64,000 nucleotides of DNA, taken from Bigelowiella natans CCMP2755. Its lineage: Eukaryota; Protista; Cercozoa. The stretch's first letter is position 1; each line of letters begins with the position of its first letter. The DNA lies in the NCBI GenBank assembly GCA_000320545.1, contig ADNK01000532.1:51961-115960 (forward strand), written 5' to 3'. Below, in pieces: positions 49,270-60,280 of the stretch. The translations under genes were made by a program, and so were the position numbers. Under the pieces are notes generated by a model. That model searched no databases. It had not been told where the DNA came from and saw only the letters and a program-made list of their open reading frames with translations.

Positions 49270-52045
49270 ATGGAGCATGCAGAGCACATAGGAGATACAC
49301 AAGGTCAAAAAATGGCCAAAAAGCACGATATGCAGGCCGTTTTCATGATGAGACCTGGTAAAAGGATGTCGCCTTTTTCTCTACGTCGCTTGATGGATAC
49401 GGGTGGATCGCGACTGACTCTCACTGGCTTCTTTACCCGTCTGTGCTGGAGAAGGAAACGTTTGCTGGAGCAGGAGCCAGCCAGGCACCACAGTCAAGTG
49501 ATGATTCTCCCGGTAAACCTAGCCGACGTTAATCCTAGCTGTGGAGAGAGGAATCTGTTTCCAAGAAACCAGGTGATGATGTTTTGATGCAATGGTAGAT
49601 TCTCTACTCGCTCTTCAATATCGGGACTGTCGTGTGCATCGTGGTGGTCAATAAGACTGTGTTCCAAGTTGCAGGGGTAAGCCCGTATATTTTTCGTGCC
49701 GCACAGAATCTCCCCTAAACTATTAATTGACTTGGCAGTTTCAATTTCCAACGTTACTGGTTGGCATCCACTGTGGGATAACGCACATTGGTATATTAGG
49801 AATAGGAATGTGTTCTTTGAAATGCGGTAAGCTTAGCCGACGTTTGATAATTTGCGCCTACAAAGGACTTCGTGTTGCCGCTCTGCTTGGAGCTTTTGAA
49901 AGGAGGAAGTTTCCGAAACGAGCGTTGGTACGCATCTATGTTGTAACAGTATATTAACAGTCACATTGGAGCGTGTTCGACTTCGTCCATATATTGCAGA
50001 TCGTTCTAGCTCTGTCTTTCATTGGATACAATGTTGCGTCGCTCGCGAACCTTGCTTTGAACACCGTGGGATTTTACCAGGTGATCGTCTGATTTTTCTC
50101 CCGTATATTTTGAGACAGCGAGAGGCGATATTTTCTTGGTACAATGTAGATATCTAAAATTATGGCAACGCCTACGACGATGGCTTTGGAGTCGGTCTGG
50201 CTTGGCAAAAAGTTTCCGGTAAAGAGTCCATCTATTAACCACGTTCAAACCGCTTCATCTCATCGCTCTTTCTTTCATCATTCTTCCAGAGAGATATGCG
50301 GTACGCTGTTGGGGTCATGTGCGTTGGTGTGGGACTAGCAACGGTGACAGACGTCCAGGTAGTAAAGGAAAGGAACAGGATGCAATTGTATACATAACAC
50401 TTACGATATAAGCGCGAGGGAATGTGCATCCATGCAGGATTTTCCTTTGGGGTTTGAATGAGTGTATTTAGTAATGCATTCCATCTATTATGCCAAGGCT
50501 ACTTGGATAGGTGGATTGATAGCTATTGTAGCTGCCATGGGAGCAGCTCAAAGCTACATCTTCATCGGCAAGACCCAGCACGACCTTGGAGCATCCTCGA
50601 ATCAACTTCTGGTCTCGTCTCAAAATTGTTAGAAATATACACGCTTATGCCTCCATCATCATCTCATTCATTTTCTCTTTCCTGCATTGCCGGTAGGTTG
50701 CCTACACGCCATATTGCTTTGTCTTCTTGATGCTGTTGTCCCCGTTGGACACTTTACTTCCCAAGAAGAATCCGGTAATCGCCATTGCCCTCACTCCTTT
50801 CTCCCCTCTCACACAAGACACACTCGTACATTATGAATTTGTATATATTTGTAATCATCACCACCATCCATAACCATTTGATACCAGAAGCCTCGTCGTT
50901 TTGTTCTGCTTTGTTAACAGAATATTGCCGATAACGCAATGATATGGATCATGGAGCGAATGACGTTCACAAAGGTCAGTGAGATAAAGAGTAAAATGGA
51001 GGGTAGGGGGGAGAAATACTGAGACTAGGTAGACTTCACTGCTCCCCTATCATCATCGGTTTCTTTGCTTTCAGTCACTTTTGGTCATCTTCAGCGGGTG
51101 TATAGGTCAACACAGTAATCCTGTATTAATTGCAGAAGAACAGCTTGTTCAGTACTCCTGTTATTCTTCTCTATTTTTCGCGTCTCGGTGTTATTTGCCT
51201 ACTCTCAAGAAGAGCAACATTTCTACAACATTTCGTTTAATTGTTGTTAGGGCTTCTTGTATCGTTGTCGACTTTCCTACTGATCAAAGAGACGTCGCCT
51301 CTCACGTACAATATCGTTGGCCATGCGAAGACCATATGCATCCTTGTGTCGGGTGATTCAACATCTTTGGAAATCATATTAGTTGTACACTTCACGTTAG
51401 CAGCTTTCCCATAAGAGTTTTTGTCGAGATAAAGGAGAGGGGGGGGGGGGGCGGAGTGTTATTCTCTTGATTGTAGATATTGTCCCTAGGTGTGGTGTTT
51501 TTCGAAGATAAGATCACCTCGAAGAAGTTCATTGGAATCGTGGTATGGTGGAGAAACATCGCCCTCCCAGAAAAAACATGGAGAGAGGAGAGTTGAGGAG
51601 GGATAGGGTGGATCATACATACATACATGCATTCCTTTTATGTACCCGCTGGTTGTGGCTACGGAGCATCTAAGGTGTTTCTCACAGGTTGCATTAAGTG
51701 GAATGATTTGGTACGGGCAGATCAAGCTCCGCCTTAGGTGGCAATTGTAGTATTGATAGCAGTGATCATAACGTAGTATTTATAGCGGTGATTGCTAAGG
51801 TAATAGTAGTACAGAAGTAATAATGGTTATAGCTTCTGGTTGTCTTTTTCCAAGGTGTCCATGCACGAGTTTCACACTTTCGCGCTGCTTTCTCACGATT
51901 TCAGCATGTACCCTCTAGCGTGGTCATATACTTATTTTTCAGGAAGGAGTCAGAGAAGGGAAAGAAGAAGCAAGACGTAGAGCAGCCGGTCATGCTAGAC
52001 AATCTCAACCTCGAAGCCTCCTGTGCCAATGAAAAGATTAGTTAG
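49270..52045 (+). CDS. Nucleotide-sugar / triose-phosphate transporter family protein (UXT/URGT/SLC35E3-like)
   Basis: VCIVVVNKTVF, FQFPTLL, ANLALNTVGFYQ|ISKIMATP, GVGLATVTDVQ, TSPLTYNIVGHAKTICIL, VALSGMIWYG; stop at 52045. Confidence 0.9.
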
Positions 52046-52280
52046 CCTTGCTCACGATTTGTCTCTTAGATAGGGATCGGATTTATAAGATGCCCTGCAT
52101 TGCTGAAGAAGTTAATAATGCCATGCTAGCATGTAATAATAAGCTCACATATATAGTAGCATGTTGTCTAGCATGGACTCATCTAAGGTTATCCATGAGC
52201 ATGCACGCGTGATGGCCTTTTTAAGGACTTCATGCTAGCATACAATTGCTAGATTGGGCTGGTAACCGTGATACCATATT

Positions 52281-52595
52281 TGAGACGGATATGGATGCAA
52301 TGAATCATTGAATTTTTTCAATTCTCATGCATCCTAACTAGCTAATGCAATGTGCTGCAGCTACACTAGTACAGCACTTGCATTGTCATGTCTGTTTGTT
52401 GCACACTAGCACAGAGTACATTATGTTTGCAATGTTTGTGCACAGCGCATGCGTGGACGCGCGTGTACGCAATCGCATATGGCTTGTTGCAGCATGGCAT
52501 GATGACTTTATTTGCTCATTCATTGCTTTGCTACATCACCATGACCATTGAAAAGATTTAATCACTAGATCATGTCTGTATTGCATCGTGTCTCA
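52281..52595. mobile_element. Short TGAGACGGATG-family TIR element
   Basis: Left TGAGACGGAT.. at 52281; right ..ATGACCATTGAAAAGATTTAATCACT..GTCTCA ending at 52595. Confidence 0.6.
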
Positions 52596-52623
52596 TGGTA
52601 AGCAAGAGACTAGCATGCTAGCA

Positions 52624-52690
52624 TGAGACGGATGTAATGAAGTGATTAAATCTTTTCAATGGTCATCCTATGATAATGTAGCTACATAAA
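52624..52690. repeat. Further left end of the TGAGACGGATG family, back-to-back with the preceding right end
   Basis: TGAGACGGATGTAATGAAGTGATTAAATCTTTTCAATGGTCATCC; 26 bp are identical (inverted) to 52541-52566. Confidence 0.8.
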
Positions 52691-52834
52691 AAGCACTGCA
52701 TGTGCTTGCGCACAAAGATGCTACATTATGCTGTGTCGCTGTGTCTGCGCAGGCACCATCGCTGTGAATGCGTATCTGATTGCGGTAGTCAGTAGCTAAG
52801 ATTAGAAAATTGAATAAAATCTTCTTCCGTTCGT

Positions 52835-53559
52835 TCATTTCTTTGTTTTTCTTGACTTAGGGTCTTTATGTATTGGGTGTTCTCTAATATATGTCTCGAG
52901 CTCCCCTGTCTTCCTAACATAAGCGATCTCTTCAACCCGTACTCGTTTCTTCGACTGCTTAAGCAAAGGACGTAAAATTAGCAAGGAAGATGGCATGTGG
53001 TTAGAGAAGAAAGGACTAGATCGGAAGAATTTCTTACCGTTTTCTGCTCTTCTTCGTTGTCCTTGTTCTTCTCATTGCGAATCATAGAATCCACCTCTCC
53101 AGCATTCTCTTGTAAATTTCTTTCAAACCAAGATCCTGCGTGCGCCCACACTAGGTACAGATAGAAATGCAAACATCATTTTGTTAGTAATCAATTCACT
53201 TGCTGGCGAAGAGTAAGTACCTCCTTCTCTTCCCATTGCTGACGAACGGGCATTGTTCACTTTCAGAACGCGCCCATATAGCTCTGAGTCGTTCATGTTA
53301 TCAATTGCGTGCCCTGCATCTTCGGGTTCCTCAAATTCCACAAACGCGAAGCCTCGATGATGGTCTGTAAACATGATTACTTGAGTCTCAAATTGTTTGA
53401 ATTTCCTCTGTGTTCAATAGCATGTTTTGGGTGTTTACGTGAGTTGCAATGACTAGGTATGATCTCAAGCCAAATTTTTTTGGAAACCATGCGTTTGATT
53501 ATTCCTCAAAAATATGTTATCTTTAAAGAAAACACCACACACACACACACGCACAAACA

Positions 53560-53606
<47 letters not shown>

Positions 53607-53863
53607 GAAGAGGGAGGGGAGGGATGGTAATTTAGGGAGACAGAGAGAGGGATCAGATTTGTGCAAAAACACCACTTTGCGGTCTAAATAAATGCATCTA
53701 ATTGTAACATACGTGTAAGCGCATCTCTGGGCAGCTCCACGTTAACAATCTCGCCAAAAGGTACAAAGGCTGCATGCACAGTTTTCTCATCCACTTTCTC
53801 ATCTAGCCCTCCCACATAGAGTAAGGTCTTCTTGTTGACCGCTAAATCATTGTGTGTCGACAT
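52835..53863 (-). CDS. RRM protein homologous to the N-terminal RRM of PPIE/Cyp33, without a cyclophilin domain
   Basis: [71 protein letters not shown], then a short basic tail. Confidence 0.85.
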
Positions 53864-54740
53864 GGTATCGATCGATTCAGGGGAGGAGAGACTTCTTCGG
53901 GTGCGCGATGAGAAGTGCGGTGTGGGGATTTTTATAATCTGCGACCTCAAAATTATGCCAAAATCTATAAAATTCTCATACATTTCAAGTTTCATGTTAA
54001 CGAAAAATCCCCCAAAAAATTCAAAAGTCTCGATGTCGAATAGGAGGCGAATTTCGAAAAAAACTTACATCTGGCACTAACGGGAAAATCACAGGTTACT
54101 TGTAATACTGTTCTAGATCTAGGAAGGAATTAGTTAAGGCAGATCTGGTCAAAGCGCGATGTCGTTGCAAATAATATCTTGGAAATACATTAAAAAGAAG
54201 TGTATTCTTTTGAGCACATTCATGACGTACGGGATAAATACACTGTGATCCAAGCCATCCACCATTAAAATACAACACACCGAAGAATTAAAGGAAAATC
54301 TGAGATCGCTTCGTACAACAAACTGCCACTTCCTCAGAGACTCTTCTTTGAAAATGAGGTATAATTAGTCTATGAAATAGAATTATATTGTTGTCGTAAT
54401 ATATAAATATAATACCATTTATGAAACTTTTTTTATTTTGCAGCAACAGAAGGTCTGAAGTTGCAGCCAAAGCTCCGTCTCCTAACCAGAGGATTTCCCA
54501 ACCTTGCTGAGACGACAGAATGTGAAATTTAACTCATTCATTAAATACGACAAACATATTTATAGGTCGAATGTTATAAATATCATCCATTTGAAGAGAA
54601 GTTGGTACGCTAAGTCAATCATTAGATTTGGAAAATCATCAAGGTAGAAATTTTCGCCCCCCCCACCGTAATCGTGTATTCCGGGATTAATAGTGCCTGT
54701 CCTTCATTATGGATTCTGAAAAATGTTTTCTTTCAGAAAC

Positions 54741-55513
54741 ATGTCTCATCGGAAAAAGACTCTCCTCAAAGTTATCATCCTCGGCGACAGCGGGTGAGAA
54801 ACTGAGATGTCGTCATCGCTGGAATTTTCTGCCTCAGCTCATCCTTTCCATATGAAGTTACTAAGTTACCCCATGGTGCTGATATTACCCCGAATCAAAT
54901 TTAAATACTCATTTTGTGATCCGTACTTCTGCTGTACCACAGAGTCGGCAAGACTTCGCTTATGAACCAGTATGTGCACCACAAGTTCAGCAGCCAATAC
55001 AAGGCCACGATCGGGGCTGACTTCCTTATCAAACACGTTTCTGTAGAGGAAAAACTGACGACACTACAGATCTGGGACACTGCAGGACAGGAGCGATTCC
55101 AATCCCTTGGCGTTGCATTCTACCGAGGATCTGACTGCTGTGTTCTGGTGTTCGACGTCACCGACTCCAAATCCTTCGCAAACTTGGACATTTGGAAGCG
55201 AGAATTCCTTCAGTATGCAGGTGATAGCCAGTCATCCTCGGAGTTTCCATTCGTTGTCCTCGGAAACAAGTGCGATATGCTTGAGGCGCGCCAAGTGACC
55301 AAATCTCAGGCTCAGGAATGGTGCGAGCAGAATAAAATACCTTACTTCGAGACCAGTGCTAAAGAGAACACAAACGTAGAGCAAGCTTTCGAAACTGTAG
55401 CGAAAAGGGCTCTGCAACGTGCTGGCACGGAAAGTGTTCCCATGGTTGAGAATGCATTCCACGTTAACCGTGACGATGAGCCAGAGTCCCAGGGGGGTGG
55501 ATGTTGCAAGTGA
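54741..55513 (+). CDS. RAB7: Small GTPase Rab7
   Basis: [18 protein letters not shown]|[58 protein letters not shown]-terminal GGCCK; one intron at 54794-54942. Confidence 0.97.
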
Positions 55514-55899
55514 TTCTCGAAATTTAACCTGAGGAAGCTACGAACTTCACAGATAAAAGACTGCATAGTTGGAATTGGATAATGTGGATAGCTCCCGAAT
55601 CAGGGGATTGATCAAATTGTAGGCAATACCAGCACTGGCATGTTTGTACACAAGACTAAGTTTCCATTCCGGATTATCAATGCAGAGTGTAATCGATGAA
55701 GCTTTCCCAACAATCAACACACACATGCAACCCCTAAAACTGGATGTGCAAATATTGAACAAACGCCAAAAACTAGTTGTATAAGTACTTCCGCTGAGCG
55801 CTAATATACATAGTAGAATAACAGCGGTTGACTAAGCTAGTAAGCGAAAAATCCATTCAATGTCTGAAATACTCCAAACTAGCATATCCGAGTGGTACA

Positions 55900-56830
55900 A
55901 ATCTACAAGCTGCGACATGTTCTTGCTCAAAATCATGCTGCTGTAGGAACAGGAACATGCGCGAGTGCTTGCTGTTCTAGTCTAGCTAGCTAGTAGCAAT
56001 TGCATTGCCAACTAGCCAAGCTAGCAATGATCGATGACCAAATGATGCTGCGCTGCATTCTGGTATTGCTAGATTGCTAGCTAGCTAGATTGCAATGATG
56101 ATCAAGCTAGCAAGCAGATCGGTGAGCTACTAGCTAGCTACATGCTAGCATGCTAGCATGGTGAGCTACGCCAGCACGCTCTAGCGCTGTCCAGCTGTCT
56201 CCAGATCTGCTAGTTGGGCTAGCTAGCTAGCAAGGCTGAAGGCTAAAAGGTCCAAGGCAGGCTCATGCATCGCATGCCACAGCATGCTGGCATGAAATTG
56301 AATGCCATCGATCGCAACATCTCTGCGTCCAGAACAATGGATCTGTATATGGAGATCCAGAGATGGCATGATGGCTAGCTAGTCAGCTAGCTGAGCTAGC
56401 TAGCTAGGTTGCATGCAATAATGCAATGGGACAAGCTCCCACAATGACAATTGTCGACATGTCGATCGTGCCCGTGCGCCAGCGCCAGCGCGGCACGCAT
56501 CCTGCTAGCATTGCTAGATCGCACATCTGTTCGCATCCCCCGCCGTCTAGCCGTCCATGCTGCATGTAGCTACATGGGGACTTGCAAGTCCATGCACAGC
56601 GCGCGCACCCGTCCAGACGCTCAGCACTGTCATGCTAGCATGCTGTCTAGCCATCGCCATCAGTCGCATCACACCTGCTAGCCTGCGTGCCAAGCACATT
56701 GCACCAGTGCAGCACATGCCGATGCTCTGACTCTCAGTCAACCCAATGAACAAGTCCCTTGTTACAAGACTGCACGATGCATTGCGCTGTCATGAAGCTA
56801 GATCGTGCTGCACCAAATGATCTATCCTGC
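55900..56830. other. CTAG-amplified, TpA-depleted convergent intergenic tract
   Basis: Runs of (GCTA)n and CATGCTAGCATGCTAGCATG at 56141. Confidence 0.85.
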
Positions 56831-57049
56831 GTATGCTCATCGGCCATCAAAGTGCTGGCTATGAAAATCACACCTCGGTCTCTCCATTATCATCGCCAAG
56901 ATGGGTTCCAGCGAGAATGAGGGCTTCGTATCTGGTCAGTAGTTCTCTGGAAAGTTGCACAGCAGGGGAATATATCAAGAATCATTTCGCAGGTACGATG
57001 GTTGTAAGTGACTACAAAGCGTGTCCTCCTCTAGTCCTAGTGAGAGGCG

Positions 57050-57704
57050 CGCTAGTCACGATAGCGAACCCTTGGATTACGGATTGTTGCTACTGTGCTC
57101 AGAATTCGCCTTTGATGGCCGTTCAACATGTGACAATAATACCTGTATTTGCCTTGTGGTAGGTCCTTTACCCTCGCGCGCAATTTGCTCTCCTCCGCAG
57201 CTGACCGCCTGCCGAATTTTAGCGATATTCAGCGGACACAATGATTATCAAGGATGGGGATGGTAGTTCATGTTTTTGTAGGGATGGTGTTGTCATTTTG
57301 ATGCTGCATGAAAGAAATTCGCCTCTGCCAAAAACACAACGATCAAAACATAACAATGCGGCCGCTTACAGGAAAAAGATTTTCGCCAGGCCACGATACT
57401 CTTCCAGCTGGGTGCAGGAACAGTGCCAGGTAAAAGCGTGCCAGTGATGATAGTGGTGGGGAGAGCACAATTAGAAAATGCCAACTAGGCTATGAGGAAT
57501 TCGGAGTTGTTTCGCACCATTTCCTTCAGCGGGTTTCAATAATACATCTACCAGCGTCGTTTCAGTTACTCAACATAGGACGCAATAAACATTCATGTGA
57601 TAACATATATATATATATATATATATATTTATTTATTTATATTTATATATATGTGTGTGTGTGTGTGTGTATAGTGTGTACTGTGGCGTGCACGCACAGA
57701 CGCG

Positions 57705-57747
<43 letters not shown>

Positions 57748-58491
57748 GAATTTCTTCTGCGGAGTAGGTACCAGCACAATACCTGCTCTGGCTCTAGCAC
57801 ATAGAACAAGTCTACAGGCGTCAACAGCACACCGCAGCCCTATTCAAAGAAAGAAAGAGAGGGGTGGGGGGGAAAGGGTAGAGGAAGATAGAGAGTTTCC
57901 AAATGAATATGTGCGCTTGCAGAGAAAACTTGGACACGTGATTCTAGGCATTTCAATCTTAGCGGCGATGAGGAAATTTTTGAGGAAGAGAAGGCAAGAC
58001 TCATGTATTGCGGAGGTACTGCAATGCAACCACTATCAGCAACACTGCCATCGCCACCATAGCAAGCAGCGCTTACTACCTTCTTCGGGCAAGGTAGAGG
58101 CGGTCGGTTCGTCTTCTTGAGGAGCATTGGAACGTATGAGTAGAGGCAATCGATGCACAGCGCGTGCCCGCACCGCAGCCGCAAACCGTGAAGTCTCCCA
58201 GCCTGGAGCAGCACAATAAGTGGTATTTAGCTGGTGGGAAGAGGCGCAACGGCGATGGCGATGGAGAGAAACAAAGGGAACCACTCACACTATCGACGAC
58301 ATCAACGATACAAACCGATCTTACCTCGTGTAGACAGCATGGGCATTGGAAAGCCATCTTGGTGCCTACATCATGAGACGAATGCAACGAGGAGGAGGAG
58401 GAGGAGGAAGAGAAGAGGAAGGGGGGAGGAGGGGGGAGGTTAGCTCGCCAGTGCACACGCAGTAGCAAGGACTTCCACACTAGGGGAGAGG

Positions 58492-58522
<31 letters not shown>

Positions 58523-60051
58523 ATAGACAGACACGCACGTACTCACACGCACACATACATTTTACTCCTCAAACATACGCACAGACCCTTCATTTGCAGC
58601 AGCCGTGCTTCTAGCTGTTGGAGGCTGAATTCCACTGCATTGGATCTCTCGACCTCTCCGCCCTCCGTGACGCCCCCTCCTGGGAGAAACACTCAAACAG
58701 CATTAGAAATGAAACTAGAGGACTTCACAACTACCGTGCTCAAAGTCATTGCCAACACCATTACATATCAAGTATCTTCACTACTACCACTACACTACCT
58801 TCTCCTTTTACATCATCAGCTCTTCCTCGTCGTCCTCCTCCTTGTTGCCCCCCAGCCACGGGAACAGAGGAGAGAGGCGACGTGGCCCGAGGAAGCTCCG
58901 GAGGCACCCTGCGAACAAGCCACTGAAAGCGTGCGCTGCTCCCCCACAGCGCGTATGCATTTCCTCTATTGTGCAGTCCCAGGCACAACCGCTTGTCGTT
59001 TGAATAATAAAGAAGAGGGGGGGGGGGAGAGGTTACAGTACCGAAAGAAATATTGCAGCAAACCATGATATGGATGCACCCGAGAGATTTCTTATCCCCC
59101 TCCCTCCTCCACCCTCCCCTTTCCTTCTTCTCTCTCCGTGAGAACATACAAGCTGAAGCATATTATAGTCAATAAAGGAGGAGGAGGAGGAGGAGGGGAG
59201 GTAATCAGAAGGCTGCCATCCCTTTTCTCTATTTACCTGCCTCGAGGCCTTGTTCACAAGGTAACACACAGCGCCACAATCGTCCTCCTTCTCCTCCTTC
59301 TCCTCCTCCTCCTCTTTGCTGTCCTTTCTATCTCTACCAGGGTTCTCATTTTTTCCATCTGCTGCTGCTGCTGCTGGTGCTGGTTTTGGTGGTGGTGGTG
59401 ATAACAATGCTGCTGCAGATTGCCGTTCTTCAGTCATGGGAACAGTCTCGGCCCTCCAGCGAAACTCATCGCCGCTGCCGCGACGTGCGAGAACGAGAGC
59501 CCCTGGCCTCTGGGCGTTTATCCCCAGTTTATGCTGTGTGCTGCCGTTGAAGATGTAGCACCAGCCATTTCCTGTGATTTAAATGGTTATCATCGTTGTC
59601 ATCAATCGCGTCATTATATTTCTGGGCAAAAAACAGTGCGGCAGAGAACCACTGGGAGCCCACCTGCATCTAAGGCGCCCCATGTCATCGCCTTCGCCAG
59701 CTTTGTCGTCCGGCGGTAGTCCGTGCGCTTAATGGCAAGGGTGTCATCAGGGCCCGCCGATAAAAGGGCCTCTTCCGATGATGATGATGATGATGATGAT
59801 GATGGTGACAAAAAGGGGGAGGGGAGGTGGATGGTAGTGGGAGAGGAGGGGGAGGAAGGGGAGGAGGGGGAGGACGGGGAGGAAGGAGCTGCATTCATTC
59901 GGTGACGCTCCTGGCCCCTGCTATCGCTTCTTGTCATGCTTGCGAAGTAAAACCAGCCTGGGGAGAACAACACACGCGAGTTTATTGTGTGAGAATGAGA
60001 ATGGTGCAGAACAGCGATGTGTGTGGCACAAATGGTTGCAGCATTTTGGTA

Positions 60052-60082
<31 letters not shown>

Positions 60083-60247
60083 CAGCAGCAGTACTTGTAG
60101 TATTAGTTGTGGCTGCTGCTATTCAGTGGCAGTAGAACGTTGAAAAGTAGCAGCGCTAAGTCTTCGAGAGAGATGTGTTATATGAAAGGCGGGGGGGGAA
60201 CGAGTGTTTGCGAAATGATGACATATATGGCAAACGTTTCCATCTGC

Positions 60248-60280
<33 letters not shown>

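Noticed and set aside
9226-54230. TGACG motif near several gene starts (9226, ~17600, 24761, 37662, ~48910, 54223)
   Set aside because: A 5-mer is too short to establish enrichment by eye.
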